A stretch of 64,000 nt of DNA from the NCBI GenBank assembly GCA_023459795.1, contig JAEWSP010000018.1:30946-94945 (forward strand), written 5' to 3'. Shown one piece after another: positions 48,962 through 59,675 of this stretch. Position 1 is the first letter of the stretch; every line of letters begins with the position of its first letter. The notes beneath the pieces were generated by a model. The model was not told where the DNA came from. It did not search any database and saw only the letters and a list, made by a program, of their open reading frames with translations. A program made the translations under genes and the position numbers. The stretch is from Bacillota bacterium (GTDB lineage: Bacteria; Bacillota_I; Bacilli_A; RFN20; CAG-288).

Positions 48962-49846
48962 TTACTTAACCCAATCCGTAGCAAACTGGGTGAGATAAGC
49001 AAGATTTCCGTCTTTGGAGAAGTTATGCAAAGCATGCTCCAGAAGCTTTTTATCCGTGCTTAAGGCAAAGCAGGCACTTCCGGACCCGGACATTCCGCAA
49101 AGGGGAAGCCCCATCTCCTTCATCTGATCCAATATTTTCTGGATGAGAGGAAGTGCTTTAATTGCCGGGATGGCAAGAACATTGACAAGGTTCTTTTCGA
49201 TAAGGGACTCGTCTCCCTTCTTCAGTCCTTCGATAAGCTGCGCGATATCCGGATGCCGGACAGTGGCAGGATCAACAAGGTCGTATGCCTGATAGACGCT
49301 CTTGGTAGAGAGTCCGTACGGAGGTTTCACGATAAGGACATAATACAGGGTCTTCACGGAAATCGGAGAAAGCACTTCTCCGACTCCTCCAACCCGGGAA
49401 GGGAGATTGCGGAAGCAGTAAGGAACGTCCGCACCGACAGAAAGAGCAAGCTTGTTGATTTCCTCCTTGCTGCTAGCAGACTTCGGGAAGGCAGGCTCAA
49501 AAGCCCGGAAGATTGCAGCCGCGTCTGCACTTCCTCCGCCAAGTCCGGCTTCCACCGGAATCTTCTTATAAATAAAAATCTTGAACCTTCCGGTGTCGCT
49601 GCAATGTTTCTTCATGACATCGAGTGCCTTGTAGGCAAGGTTCGATTCATCGCAGACAATGCTAGGATCGTCACAGTAAAGATAAGTATCCTGGGTCTCT
49701 CCCGGGATCCTGGAAATTTCAATCGAATCATGGAGCTTGAGAGGAATCGTCACCATATCGATGTTGTGGTATCCATCTTCTCTCTTGCCTAGAACGTCCA
49801 GCGCTAAGTTAATCTTTGCTAAGGCACGAATCACTAGGGTATTCAT
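48962..49846 (-). CDS. ispE: 4-diphosphocytidyl-2-C-methyl-D-erythritol kinase (MEP pathway)
   Basis: KINLALDVLGKREDGYH and the GHMP-kinase motif PVEAGLGGGSADAAA. Start moved to ATG 49846 (MNTLVI) after AAAGGA. Confidence 0.8.
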   Translation of the reverse strand: MNTLVIRALAKINLALDVLGKREDGYHNIDMVTIPLKLHDSIEISRIPGETQDTYLYCDDPSIVCDESNLAYKALDVMKKHCSDTGRFKIFIYKKIPVEAGLGGGSADAAAIFRAFEPAFPKSASSKEEINKLALSVGADVPYCFRNLPSRVGGVGEVLSPISVKTLYYVLIVKPPYGLSTKSVYQAYDLVDPATVRHPDIAQLIEGLKKGDESLIEKNLVNVLAIPAIKALPLIQKILDQMKEMGLPLCGMSGSGSACFALSTDKKLLEHALHNFSKDGNLAYLTQFATDWVK

Positions 49847-49953
49847 AGATTTATGTCCTTTTCGGGTTTTCAGCGTACCTATTATAACTTTTTTCTTTCT
49901 TGGTAAGTAGAGTACAAGAAACAAGAAAGAAAATAGTTATAATAAAAGGGACC

Positions 49954-50517
49954 ATGGAAAAGAAACTAAGCTCTTACCAGCTTCTAAGGAACCTCGTCCT
50001 TGCCGCTTCTGACCCGTTTGCAACGGATCAGAAGCTTTTCGATATCCAGCATATCCTGGAAGTCAGCGATTCTTTTCAGGGGGTAAACCATCTTCTCCTA
50101 GTCCAAGCCTATCTCAATGAAGATACCCTTCCTTTCTCCGTTACCAGAGAGAAAGCTTACGAACAGGCAAACAGAGCCCTAGAAGAAGGGAACCGGAAAG
50201 CTTGCTACTATCTCTATCTTCTTACCAAAGACGAGAACAAGCTCAAGGCAAGGCGCTACCTCAATGAAGGAGAGTTTTTTCAGGATCCTACGGCTCTTCT
50301 TGCCAAAGGGTTGGAACTCAAATACGGAGGCCTTTTTAGGAAGAACAGGAAGCAGGCAGAACAGATATTCCTGAAAATGATCTCCCTGAAATCCAGGGAA
50401 GGGTATTACCAGCTCCAGCTGATGAAGTCGGAAGACGGAGATTTCTCCTCGGCAAAGATCATCTATGAAGAAGCAAAGAAGAACGGATTCGAGCTTCCGG
50501 GGTATATCTCCGAATGA
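49954..50517 (+). CDS. Hypothetical protein (187 aa), possibly Sel1/TPR-like helical repeats
   Basis: Start at MEKKLSSYQL. Repeated KAxYYLxL-like helical hairpins. Stop overlaps the thiN start. Confidence 0.4.
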   Translation: MEKKLSSYQLLRNLVLAASDPFATDQKLFDIQHILEVSDSFQGVNHLLLVQAYLNEDTLPFSVTREKAYEQANRALEEGNRKACYYLYLLTKDENKLKARRYLNEGEFFQDPTALLAKGLELKYGGLFRKNRKQAEQIFLKMISLKSREGYYQLQLMKSEDGDFSSAKIIYEEAKKNGFELPGYISE

Positions 50518-51173
50518 AACGGGCATGGATCTTCGGTGCTGCTCCCTTCGATTATTCCTCTTTGAACCCGAGTCTCTTTAAAGGAGACACTTCGGTAGCC
50601 GCCGATGGCGGCTACCGTTATTTCCTTTCTGCCGGGTTAGAACCGGACCTCTTTGTCGGTGACTTCGATACGCTGAAGAAAGGCGAACTGCAGAAACCGA
50701 AAAGGATTCTGCCTCTGAATCCGGTCAAGGATGACACCGATACTTTGTTCGCTATCAAAGCTTTGCTTAAAGAAGGATACGACACCTTCGTTCTGGTAGG
50801 GTGCCTTGGCGGAAGAATCGATCAAAGCATCGCCAGCATCCAGTATCTCCTGTTTCTGAAAGAAAACAAAGGGAACGGAATCCTTTTATCTGCAGACGGA
50901 AAAGAGGAGCTTAGGATCCTGAAGGACAGCTCCATCCTTCTGTCCGGAAAAAAGAAGTACCGCTATTCCCTCTTCTCCCTTAGCAAAACTTCAATAGGAG
51001 TAACGGAAAGCAACTGCTTCTATCCGCTAAAAGATAAAACACTGACGGATTCCTATCCTTTAGGAGTCAGCAATGAATGCCTGGGAGAGGGCAAGGATAT
51101 CCCTATTTCAGTAAAGAAGGGAACCCTTCTTCTGGTTCTCCCTCTGATTGCCTTAGAAGACCCTTATAAATAG
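50514..51173 (+). CDS. thiN: Thiamine pyrophosphokinase
   Basis: IFGAAP...VAADGG...GDFDT motif of TPK. Confidence 0.75.
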   Translation: MKRAWIFGAAPFDYSSLNPSLFKGDTSVAADGGYRYFLSAGLEPDLFVGDFDTLKKGELQKPKRILPLNPVKDDTDTLFAIKALLKEGYDTFVLVGCLGGRIDQSIASIQYLLFLKENKGNGILLSADGKEELRILKDSSILLSGKKKYRYSLFSLSKTSIGVTESNCFYPLKDKTLTDSYPLGVSNECLGEGKDIPISVKKGTLLLVLPLIALEDPYK

Positions 51174-51181
51174 AAAAGCAG

Positions 51182-51832
51182 TTATTTTTCTTTTGTTTTC
51201 AGTTCATCAGGAATCGGAACGGATGTCGTCCCCACTTCATCGATTGACCAGCGAGTTTCCCAATTAAAATAATCATTTTTGCTCGTCGAACTCCATAGGA
51301 TTTCTTTAATTTCCCCGTCCTCGGCATAATAAGAATACGTCTGCGAGTAATCCTTCCCTTCAAAATAGATTCCGGTATAACACTTGTTCTTGCTGTTGTA
51401 GGAAAGCTTGGAATAATCCAAGAACCAATCCATCTTTGCTCCATTGTAAGGCATACTCACAATACACCAGCCATATCCATTTTTTGAGCAGTAATACACA
51501 CGAGAACCTTGGACCTGAGAATTAGGTTCTTCATTCGGATTTGGCAGCCAAGATATGCAGGAACATGCCTCAGGATTATCCGGTTCTACATCATTCGTAT
51601 AGGAATAATACTGGTTTACGTAATCATATTGGTACAATTCCGGGAATTCAGGATTCGGAGTACGGACTCCATCTTCCACTCCGATATTGTCAGCAAACAC
51701 CCTGCTTAAGGTAAAAGAGGATTTGGTCAGCTCTCCAACAGAGGAATCATATTCCTCTTTGCTAAGCTTTGTAGAGTTCTTTGAACAGCCCGGAAGAAAG
51801 GAAGCACAAAAGGTAAGAAAGAGAATCTGCAT
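51182..51832 (-). CDS. Hypothetical lipoprotein (LPGC lipobox), Tyr/Trp/Asn-rich
   Basis: MQILFLTFCASFLPGCSKNS. Confidence 0.5.
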   Translation of the reverse strand: MQILFLTFCASFLPGCSKNSTKLSKEEYDSSVGELTKSSFTLSRVFADNIGVEDGVRTPNPEFPELYQYDYVNQYYSYTNDVEPDNPEACSCISWLPNPNEEPNSQVQGSRVYYCSKNGYGWCIVSMPYNGAKMDWFLDYSKLSYNSKNKCYTGIYFEGKDYSQTYSYYAEDGEIKEILWSSTSKNDYFNWETRWSIDEVGTTSVPIPDELKTKEK

Positions 51833-52098
51833 TACTGTTTTTTTTCATGTTTTCCATCATTTTCTCCCTTTTGGTAATTCACCCATTGTAGGAGCGGGAC
51901 CGTAACTTTTAAATGCCGGCCTGCCCTCCCGATTAACTCTTCGTTAGCGTATTCTGCCTCATCAAAAACTGGCCGGGGTTCCTTATTTATTGGTCTTATC
52001 CCGGCATCAAAAAAACAAAACCTGGAAATTGTTCCTTCTTATCTAAAAACCAAGCCTTAATTCCTTTACCAGACACAAAAGATAAACGCTTAAAAAGC

Positions 52099-53799
52099 TT
52101 ATTTCTTTTCCGTAATCTTCCCGTTTTTAACCAGGAGAACCTTGTTGAAGCCAAGCTGATCGCTAAGCCTGTGGGAAATCGATAGAACGGTTCTGCTGCT
52201 GCTTGCAGCAGAAAGGGCCCGGATGACTTCCTGCTCCGTTTCGGAGTCGAGGTTAGCGGAAATCTCGTCCAGCAAAAGAATAGAAGGAGAATTCACAAGG
52301 GCACGGGCAAGGCCTAATAGCTGCAACTGTCCTCTTGAGAAATCGGTCTCCTTGAAGGGGGCATGATAACCACCTTTTATCCTGGTAGAGACATAATCAT
52401 CCAGGAAGGCTTCCTTCATCGCCTTATGGACTGCATCCAAAGAAATCGACTCATCCCCTAAGGTAACCTGATCCAGAACCGTACCGGGAACAGGGGAGAA
52501 CCCCTGTTCGACGTATCCGAAGATCTTCTTCTTTTCCTCGTCCGGAATCTGGATGGTACTGACTCCGTTCACAAGGATTGCTCCCTCGGTTGGAGGAAGA
52601 AGCCCGAGGATCAGCTTGAAGAGGGTGGTCTTTCCGATTCCGGTTCTCCCGGTCAGGGATGCCTGGTCCAAGGAAGAGAGGGAGAAAGAAGCATGGTCAA
52701 AGATATATTCCGTTCCGTCTTCGTAGCGGAAAGAGAGATTGTCAAATTGGAGAATTGGTTTATTTGGCCTAGATAATACATAGGAAGCAGTAAAGGTCTG
52801 GTCTTTTCCGTTTATTTCTTCTTCGTTGAGGAATTCCTCTACCCGGATGACACCAGAGAAGCCTTCCTGCAGGGACTGGAAGTCCTGCCCGAGTTCTTTC
52901 ACCGGAGAGAAAAGATCCTGGATCAGGTTCAGGGAAGCAGCAAAGGAGCCGACGGTAAGACCGACAATCTGGGAAGAGGAATCCAGATTCATCGTCTTGA
53001 CGACAGCAAAGGTAACCAAGGCGATGACGAGGGACTGAAGCAGATCAATAAGGGGCGGATAGAAGGAATCGAACAATGCCGTTCTGTTCTGTGCCTTGTC
53101 GCCATCGATCAGCTTCTCGTTGAATTTGCCTTCCCGATACCCTCTCTTCCCGAGGTTATGGACAGTAACCGCCGTATCGATGGATTCGGAGAGCATATTG
53201 CTTTCCTTGTTTAAGGCAGTCCTTACCTGAAGCTGCGCCTTCTTGCTCTTCCGGCGGAACAGTTCCGTAAGGAGAAAAATCAGCGGAACGGTAGCGAGAA
53301 GTATCAGTCCCAGCACCCAGCTGAAATAGAACACGGAGACCGTAATAGAGATAATCTTCAGGGAAGAAACAAGAATAGAAACCAGTCCGCTCTCAAACAA
53401 GGTTTCGATTGCTGTGACATCATCCATGATGTGGGATGTCATCTCGCCGGTTCCGTGCTTGGTGAAATACCCGGGTTTCATCTTATGTGTCTTCTGGATC
53501 ATCAGCCTCCTAAGGTCTGCAATCATCTCCTGGCCCATCCTATCGACAAGATAGGTCTCCAGGAAGGAGAACATTGCGGAGAGAAGATAGCTTCCGAAGT
53601 AGAGCAGGGTAATGCCTAGGAAGGAGACTCCGACTTCGGCTGCCGTATCAAAGTACTGATCGAAGATGATCTTCAGAAAGAAGGATGGGGCAAGGACAAG
53701 AGAGGATTCCATCAGTATCGAAACAGCAAGAAGGATTGTCTCCTTGATATGTTTCCGGATATATCCTTTCAGGAAGGACCGGACTGTGAATTTTTTCAT
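52099..53799 (-). CDS. ABC exporter, fused permease/ATPase subunit (heterodimer partner 2)
   Basis: 6-TM domain, Walker A GRTGIGKTT, LSGGQ-like signature (FSRGQLQLL), Walker B LLLDE. Start at 53799 overlaps the upstream stop (ATGA) and follows GGAGG. Confidence 0.85.
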   Translation of the reverse strand: MKKFTVRSFLKGYIRKHIKETILLAVSILMESSLVLAPSFFLKIIFDQYFDTAAEVGVSFLGITLLYFGSYLLSAMFSFLETYLVDRMGQEMIADLRRLMIQKTHKMKPGYFTKHGTGEMTSHIMDDVTAIETLFESGLVSILVSSLKIISITVSVFYFSWVLGLILLATVPLIFLLTELFRRKSKKAQLQVRTALNKESNMLSESIDTAVTVHNLGKRGYREGKFNEKLIDGDKAQNRTALFDSFYPPLIDLLQSLVIALVTFAVVKTMNLDSSSQIVGLTVGSFAASLNLIQDLFSPVKELGQDFQSLQEGFSGVIRVEEFLNEEEINGKDQTFTASYVLSRPNKPILQFDNLSFRYEDGTEYIFDHASFSLSSLDQASLTGRTGIGKTTLFKLILGLLPPTEGAILVNGVSTIQIPDEEKKKIFGYVEQGFSPVPGTVLDQVTLGDESISLDAVHKAMKEAFLDDYVSTRIKGGYHAPFKETDFSRGQLQLLGLARALVNSPSILLLDEISANLDSETEQEVIRALSAASSSRTVLSISHRLSDQLGFNKVLLVKNGKITEKK

Positions 53800-55580
53800 T
53801 TCCCTGCCTCCCCGCTTGTTGTCTGAAGCTCCCAAAGCCTCTTGTAGCAGGAAGACTTCTTCAGCAGTTCTTCATGGGTGCCGAAAGACCATCTGCCGTT
53901 TCCTTCCAGGACCAGGATTCCATCCAGGTCCGGGAACAGGGAAAGCCTATGGGAGACTAGAAGAATCAAGGACTCCTTCTTCCTCTCTTCCAGAACGGTC
54001 TTCCGGATTTCTCTTTCCGTTGTCACATCGATGCTGGCAAAAGGATCGTCTAAGAGGATCAGATCCTTCGGATGGGAAAGAGTTCTTGCCAAAGCAATTC
54101 TTTCCTGCTGACCTCCGGACAGCTTGACGCCTTCATTTCCAACTATTGTCTTCTCCCCTTCCGGCATACCGGAAAGATCCTTTGCAAAGGAAACAGAGGC
54201 AAGAGCTTTCCCGACATCCACATTATCTCCATATGCTACATTGTCTTTAAGAGTATCCGTCAAAAGGTCCGCCTTATGTCCCATATAGGAGATTGTTCCG
54301 ACAATCTCCGGGTCCGAATAGTCTTTAACTTCTTTTCCAAACAAGGCCATGCTTCCGGAATACGGAAGAACCTTTAGAAGCGTTTTAAGAAATACGCTTT
54401 TTCCAGAAGCAATCTCTCCTGTTATTCCGATAATCTGTCCCTTCTTTGCAGTGAAAGATAAATTTGTAATCCGGTCTTTGTTCGATAAAGTAAGGGTGTA
54501 GTCCTTCAAGACCAAGGAATCGTCCTTCTTCACTTCCTCCGGCGACTCATACGGAGCATAAGGCTTCATGAATGGCTGTATTCTCCTCCAGCTGGCAAGA
54601 CCTTTCTGGACCGTTGTGAAAAGCTTTGCCGTATGGCTCGACTTCTTGGCAAGAAGAATGAAGACCGTAAGGTAAGCTTCGAAAAGTCCGTCATCCCAGA
54701 CATCGGAAGGGAGAAGAGGATTAGGATAGAAAACAGGAGTACCATTCCGGACCATTCCGATTCCGAGGTAAAGGATAGGTATCAATCCGACAAGGGCAAG
54801 GATATCGACAACAGGCATCATGGTATCGGAAAGAACGTTGCTTTTAGTCGTATCCTTCTGATACTGGGAGAGTGCCTTGCTTGCTTTTTCTTCGATTGCC
54901 TTGTCTCTTCCGTATACCCGGTAAAGGAGAGCGTGGTCGAAGGTATCGAAGGCCAGAGAGGAGACTACGGAATAGCTCTTCCGGCTCTTTGCCTGAGAAG
55001 TATAGACCAGTTTTCTCAAGACAAAAGCAACCAGGATCGAGAAAGCAACCGGGATCAAGGCAAAGGCAGTGATCCTTGGATCAAAGAGGAAGAGATAAGC
55101 AATATAAGACAGGAACAGGATGACGGTATCGAAGATCTCGGTCGTAATCTTCCGCATGCCTTCTACGGCTGCTTTGACATCTCCCATTGCTCTGGAGAGA
55201 AGAGCACCGACATTCTCTTTCTGCAGGTCTTCCGGTTTTTCCTGGAGCAGGTTGTTGTAGACATTGAGCCGCATCGCATGGGTTGTCTGATAAGCAAACA
55301 CCCGGATTCCAAATCTCTTTCCGGAACGGAATCCTTGGACTATAAGCATTGCCAGAAGATAGTATACTAGCAATGCCAGGATAGAAGAGACATCGCTCTT
55401 TGCCGAAACAGCATTGATAAGCCTGCCCTGGAAATAAGGGTTGGCAATCATGCCGATGTTGTATCCGATTCCAGTGACCGTGATAAAAAGAAGGAGCCAG
55501 AAATGGTCCTTCCAGTAAGACGATAAATGATCTGGTTTGTCGGTCAGTTTATAACCGCCGGATTCGATAATGGCTTTCAT
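53796..55580 (-). CDS. ABC exporter, fused permease/ATPase subunit (heterodimer partner 1)
   Basis: 6-TM domain, Walker A GEIASGKS, signature LSGGQQERIALAR, Walker B ILLDDPFASID. Confidence 0.85.
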   Translation of the reverse strand: MKAIIESGGYKLTDKPDHLSSYWKDHFWLLLFITVTGIGYNIGMIANPYFQGRLINAVSAKSDVSSILALLVYYLLAMLIVQGFRSGKRFGIRVFAYQTTHAMRLNVYNNLLQEKPEDLQKENVGALLSRAMGDVKAAVEGMRKITTEIFDTVILFLSYIAYLFLFDPRITAFALIPVAFSILVAFVLRKLVYTSQAKSRKSYSVVSSLAFDTFDHALLYRVYGRDKAIEEKASKALSQYQKDTTKSNVLSDTMMPVVDILALVGLIPILYLGIGMVRNGTPVFYPNPLLPSDVWDDGLFEAYLTVFILLAKKSSHTAKLFTTVQKGLASWRRIQPFMKPYAPYESPEEVKKDDSLVLKDYTLTLSNKDRITNLSFTAKKGQIIGITGEIASGKSVFLKTLLKVLPYSGSMALFGKEVKDYSDPEIVGTISYMGHKADLLTDTLKDNVAYGDNVDVGKALASVSFAKDLSGMPEGEKTIVGNEGVKLSGGQQERIALARTLSHPKDLILLDDPFASIDVTTEREIRKTVLEERKKESLILLVSHRLSLFPDLDGILVLEGNGRWSFGTHEELLKKSSCYKRLWELQTTSGEAGK

Positions 55581-55814
55581 CTAGGTTATTATAACGTAAA
55601 AAAGGATTCCTTTTCTCTTTTCCCAAGAAAAAGGAAAGCACTTCCTAATTGTTTCTTTTTTCTTCCTAAAAATAATCCTCTTCCTTTTCCCTTTGTTTTT
55701 TCCTGTTTTCTTCTTGAAAAGGGACTTATCATATTGGATCTATAAGTTAAATATTTGCTCTTTGCCTTAATAACCCATAAAATAGAACCGCCTTTTCCCA
55801 AATGGAGGCTTCAT

Positions 55815-58115
55815 ATGAGTAATAGAAAACGTACCGCCTTTGCCGGGCTTCTCTTTTCTGGTTTGCTTTTGATGACATCCTGCTCCTTAAACGCTTCCCG
55901 AGGCTCTACCTCTTCTTCTACCTCCTCTACTTCTGGCGCCCCTTCTACTTCCAGTAAAAAAGCTTCTGCAATCCAGATCGTTCCACCGGATAAGAAAGAA
56001 TACCGTAGAGGAGATGCCTTTGACATTTCCGGTCTTTCTGTTTCTTTGGTTTACGAAGATGGGACCAAAGAAGCAGCAAGCGACTATACCCTAACTTTTT
56101 CCGAAACGGGAGAAGAGATTGCTAACGGCGATATCCTGGATTACGAGGATGGAACCCATACGATCACAGTAGCCGTTACAGGAGTCGGATTTGCCAGCTT
56201 TGACATCTCGACCTGGACAGCAACTCCAAAGAGCAGATACCTGGATCTTACTTCTCTTCCGACAAAGACCATCTATATTGTCAAAAACCAGGAAGCTTTC
56301 TCTTCGGAAGGCCTGGGCGCTATTTATACCGTAATTTTCCAGGGATACCTGAACGGAGTCAAGAAAACGGAACAAAAGGATACGACTGTTACCGATCTTG
56401 TTACCTTCAGCATAGATGGAAAGACTCTTTCCGAAGGAGATGTTTTCACCGTAGATGATTACGGAACGAAAGCCGTAACCGTTACTTATTCAGAAGACGG
56501 AAAGACGGTCACAGCAGTTTTCTATATCACAATCGTAAGCGGAGACACGGCTCCGAAAAAATATACGGATACAACAAATCCCATCGTCACCGGTTCGAAT
56601 ACGATCAAGCTGACCATCACCAATCCCAACTCCGCTCATACGACCGGAACCAACAACTACATCGCTCCCGATGATGTAGATGCAACGAAGTACAGCATCC
56701 CTAACTACTATGCCAAGAAGAATTATGAAAACTGGCGTTACCTTCCGACAACCGGAAAGGTTCCGCTTTTGATTGTTCCGGTATTCTTCACGGATCAGAC
56801 TCAGTATGATACAACGGCAAACAGGGATCTGATGAAGAAGTGCTTCTTCGGAAAGAGCACGGACCTGAATTTCGAATCCCTGCATTCGTATTACTACAAA
56901 TCCAGTTACGGAAAACTGGATTTCACCGGCTCCATTGCTCCTTCTTTCTATCCTCAGGTCAGTATTCCTGCCCTGCAATCCACTTCTACGGAGTCTTTCA
57001 GCGAGGCATCCATGTTAACTATGCTGACCGCTCTTCCGGATTACCTGAAGACCCTTGGATATGATCTCACTCAATATGATTCCGATTCTGACGGATATTT
57101 GGATAGCGTCTGGATGATATACGGACACAGCACGGAAGCAAGCTCCACCTCCAACTGGTGGGCTTATTCCTCGACCCTTTCTGTGATCCCCGCAAGCGTA
57201 GCTTCTCCGACCGTCAACAACTTCGGATGGACTTCCTTTGATTTCCTCAATGATGACTTTAGCGGAGGTTCCTCTATTGCAAATGCCGGAGGAGATGCCC
57301 ACGTCCTGATCCATGAAACCGGACATCTTCTCGGCCTCTCGGATTATTATTCCTACTATTCCTCGACCTACGATCCTCTTGGCGGATACGATATGATGGC
57401 CTATAACGTCGGAGATCATAATCCTTATTCCAAACTCCTTTATGGTTGGGTGGATCCTTACCTCGTATACGGAAACAGCACCATCACCCTCAGCCTCAAT
57501 ACCAAAAACAATCACCAGGTCGTCCTGATTCCATATGATTCCAAAGACTACAGCGATACAAAGTATCAGGAAACCATCCAAAACGCAGACGGAACAACCT
57601 CAACGAAGACCTGGGTGAATCCCTATGATGAATATATGATTCTGGATTTCTACACGAACGCCAACATGGACAGCCAGTCCTATGACTGCTATGGGTCTGC
57701 TCCGATTAATGGAACCGGCGTTAGGATATACCACGCCGATCACCGCCTTTTCAAAGCCTCCGGTATTATCACCACCGTAACCGAATACTCAAATCCGGAT
57801 GCTCCTCTTTCCACAACGGATCTAGTAAATGCAGCAATCAATAATTCGGAAGGCGGCGATAGAGCCGAATCCGGTTTCGGGCTTCCTACCAGCTACGATG
57901 CCTTTGATGAACTCCGTTTGATAGCTAAGGACAAGTCTATCTTGGACCTGAATGCAACACAGAAAACCTATAAGGGTGATTCCACTGCTCCTTCCGTCCT
58001 CTTCAAAGCCGGCAGTTCCTTCTCTCTTTCTTCCTACTCTGCTTCCTTCCCGAAGACAACGACATTCAACAACGGCAAATCCTTCAGCTACAATATCTCC
58101 TTCTCCAACAACTAA
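55815..58115 (+). CDS. Lipoprotein zinc metalloprotease, M6 (immune inhibitor A)-like HExxHxxGxxD, with N-terminal Ig-like domains
   Basis: Start at ATG 55815 after GGAGG. Signal plus lipobox-like LLLMTSC, Ser/Thr linker and Big-like repeats. Catalytic block VLIHETGHLLGLSDYY. Confidence 0.6.
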   Translation: MSNRKRTAFAGLLFSGLLLMTSCSLNASRGSTSSSTSSTSGAPSTSSKKASAIQIVPPDKKEYRRGDAFDISGLSVSLVYEDGTKEAASDYTLTFSETGEEIANGDILDYEDGTHTITVAVTGVGFASFDISTWTATPKSRYLDLTSLPTKTIYIVKNQEAFSSEGLGAIYTVIFQGYLNGVKKTEQKDTTVTDLVTFSIDGKTLSEGDVFTVDDYGTKAVTVTYSEDGKTVTAVFYITIVSGDTAPKKYTDTTNPIVTGSNTIKLTITNPNSAHTTGTNNYIAPDDVDATKYSIPNYYAKKNYENWRYLPTTGKVPLLIVPVFFTDQTQYDTTANRDLMKKCFFGKSTDLNFESLHSYYYKSSYGKLDFTGSIAPSFYPQVSIPALQSTSTESFSEASMLTMLTALPDYLKTLGYDLTQYDSDSDGYLDSVWMIYGHSTEASSTSNWWAYSSTLSVIPASVASPTVNNFGWTSFDFLNDDFSGGSSIANAGGDAHVLIHETGHLLGLSDYYSYYSSTYDPLGGYDMMAYNVGDHNPYSKLLYGWVDPYLVYGNSTITLSLNTKNNHQVVLIPYDSKDYSDTKYQETIQNADGTTSTKTWVNPYDEYMILDFYTNANMDSQSYDCYGSAPINGTGVRIYHADHRLFKASGIITTVTEYSNPDAPLSTTDLVNAAINNSEGGDRAESGFGLPTSYDAFDELRLIAKDKSILDLNATQKTYKGDSTAPSVLFKAGSSFSLSSYSASFPKTTTFNNGKSFSYNISFSNN

Positions 58116-58119
58116 AAAG

Positions 58120-58156
58120 CAAATCATCCTGACCGGCTGGTCAGGATGATTTTTGT
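58120..58156. terminator. Bidirectional terminator between the metalloprotease and the convergent DUF368-like gene
   Basis: ATCATCCTGACC-GGC-TGGTCAGGATGAT with A-run and T-run flanks. Confidence 0.65.
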
Positions 58157-59175
58157 TTGTCTTTTTTGTCTCCTAGCTTCACCAGAAGCACAGAGATAAT
58201 TATTCCAAGAGCAAGGAACGGAATTCCAAGAGCGGCATCTACGATTTCTCCCCGGGTAAGTGCACCTGTATCCTGAATCTGGAAATACCATTTCATATAG
58301 GCATCGATGAAGACTTCCCTGGAACAGAACATCATCAGGATAGAACCTAAAGACAGACCGACGATGGCTTCATTGGTAAGCTGCCTGTGCTTGCTGAAGC
58401 AATGATCCACCAGAACATTCGTAAAGAAGAATCCAAGAGCAAAGCCGACACCTAGAAGAGCATATATTACAAAGATAAGAGGATGAATAACCCAGTACCC
58501 AATATGTACTGTGTCTAGAATTCCGGAATAGATTCCGATCATCATGCAGAAGGCACTTCCGCTAAGGCCAGGAACAACCTGGGTAAGACCGATTACCATA
58601 CCGATTGGAGCAATCAATAGATATAGGGAAACAGGATAGGTAGTTCCAAATGCCTGGTCCGCTTTTTCATAAAGGGTAGATGAGGAATCAATGACTGGAC
58701 GCTGGAAGATCTCGCTGCGAGTAAAATACAAAGTCAGGAAACAGATAAGAGCAGGAATCAGGAGTCCTAAAACCATCATCAACCAATCCTTGGATTGTTT
58801 CTTATAACCTTTAATATTCCTCTGCAAAACGGGGAAGGAACCAATCATCAATCCGGCAAAGAGAAGTATGGTCGAAAATGGCAGTACCTTAAGCAGGGCT
58901 TGCAACCCAAAAAGACCGGCCAGAAATCCAATCGCGTTTCCAATATAAGTGGGAAGAAGGAAAAGGAAGCAGCGTTTGAAATCTTTAAAAATATGAGCAT
59001 TGGCATAAACGATCTTGTCGTACAAGCCAAAGACCATCATCAAAGCAGGAGAACTGACTCCCGGAATAATTGCAAATAGCCCCATAGCGACTCCCAAAAG
59101 CATGGCGTGGAAGAAACCTTTCCGATCATATTTGACAAAGTCGAATGTGTTAGAGTTTTCTTGTGGTTTTTCCAT
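58141..59175 (-). CDS. DUF368-like polytopic membrane protein (two PG-x-S-x-S-A repeats); candidate undecaprenyl-phosphate translocase family
   Basis: IIPGVSSPA and VVPGLSGSA re-entrant-loop-like motifs in two halves. Start at ATG 59175 (MEKPQE) after AAGGAAG. Confidence 0.5.
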   Translation of the reverse strand: MEKPQENSNTFDFVKYDRKGFFHAMLLGVAMGLFAIIPGVSSPALMMVFGLYDKIVYANAHIFKDFKRCFLFLLPTYIGNAIGFLAGLFGLQALLKVLPFSTILLFAGLMIGSFPVLQRNIKGYKKQSKDWLMMVLGLLIPALICFLTLYFTRSEIFQRPVIDSSSTLYEKADQAFGTTYPVSLYLLIAPIGMVIGLTQVVPGLSGSAFCMMIGIYSGILDTVHIGYWVIHPLIFVIYALLGVGFALGFFFTNVLVDHCFSKHRQLTNEAIVGLSLGSILMMFCSREVFIDAYMKWYFQIQDTGALTRGEIVDAALGIPFLALGIIISVLLVKLGDKKDKQKSS

Positions 59176-59367
59176 TACTTTATCTTCCTTTTTTCGATAG
59201 AACTTATTATACATAATAATTCCTTTATTACCACCATTTCAAACTGTGTTTTTGGCAAAAAAACCTTGTCAATAAAGTTTTCCACAATTTATAAAAATAG
59301 AAAAGAAGTATACAAACAGTGTTTTCGAATCGATTTACCACCATTTCTATAGTGGTGGAGAACAGAG

Positions 59368-59675
59368 GTGGATAACAAAGTAGTAAAGTGGATAACTTTG
59401 GCATGTTATCCACCACTTGTCCACCAAAAATAGAGTTATCAACCGGTTGTTTGTAACCCATAATTATTATGGTGGATAAGTGCAAAAAGCCTTTATATAT
59501 AGCAAAGATTTTGTTGTTGATAACTTTCCTTTTGTGGATAACTTATCAACTTATCCACCGTGAAGTTATCCACACCCCGTTTAACCACCGTATATCCACT
59601 ATACACCACGGTGGATAAGTGGTTTTAATATTTTTTATACTTAACGATTTCTTCTCATATAAGTTGGTGGATAAC
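59368..59675. promoter_or_regulatory. oriC part 1: cluster of at least 9 DnaA boxes upstream of dnaA
   Basis: Perfect TTATCCACA boxes at 59533..59541 (complement) and 59566..59574. One-mismatch boxes at 59368, 59388, 59406, 59436, 59472, 59551, 59611 and 59667. Confidence 0.8.
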
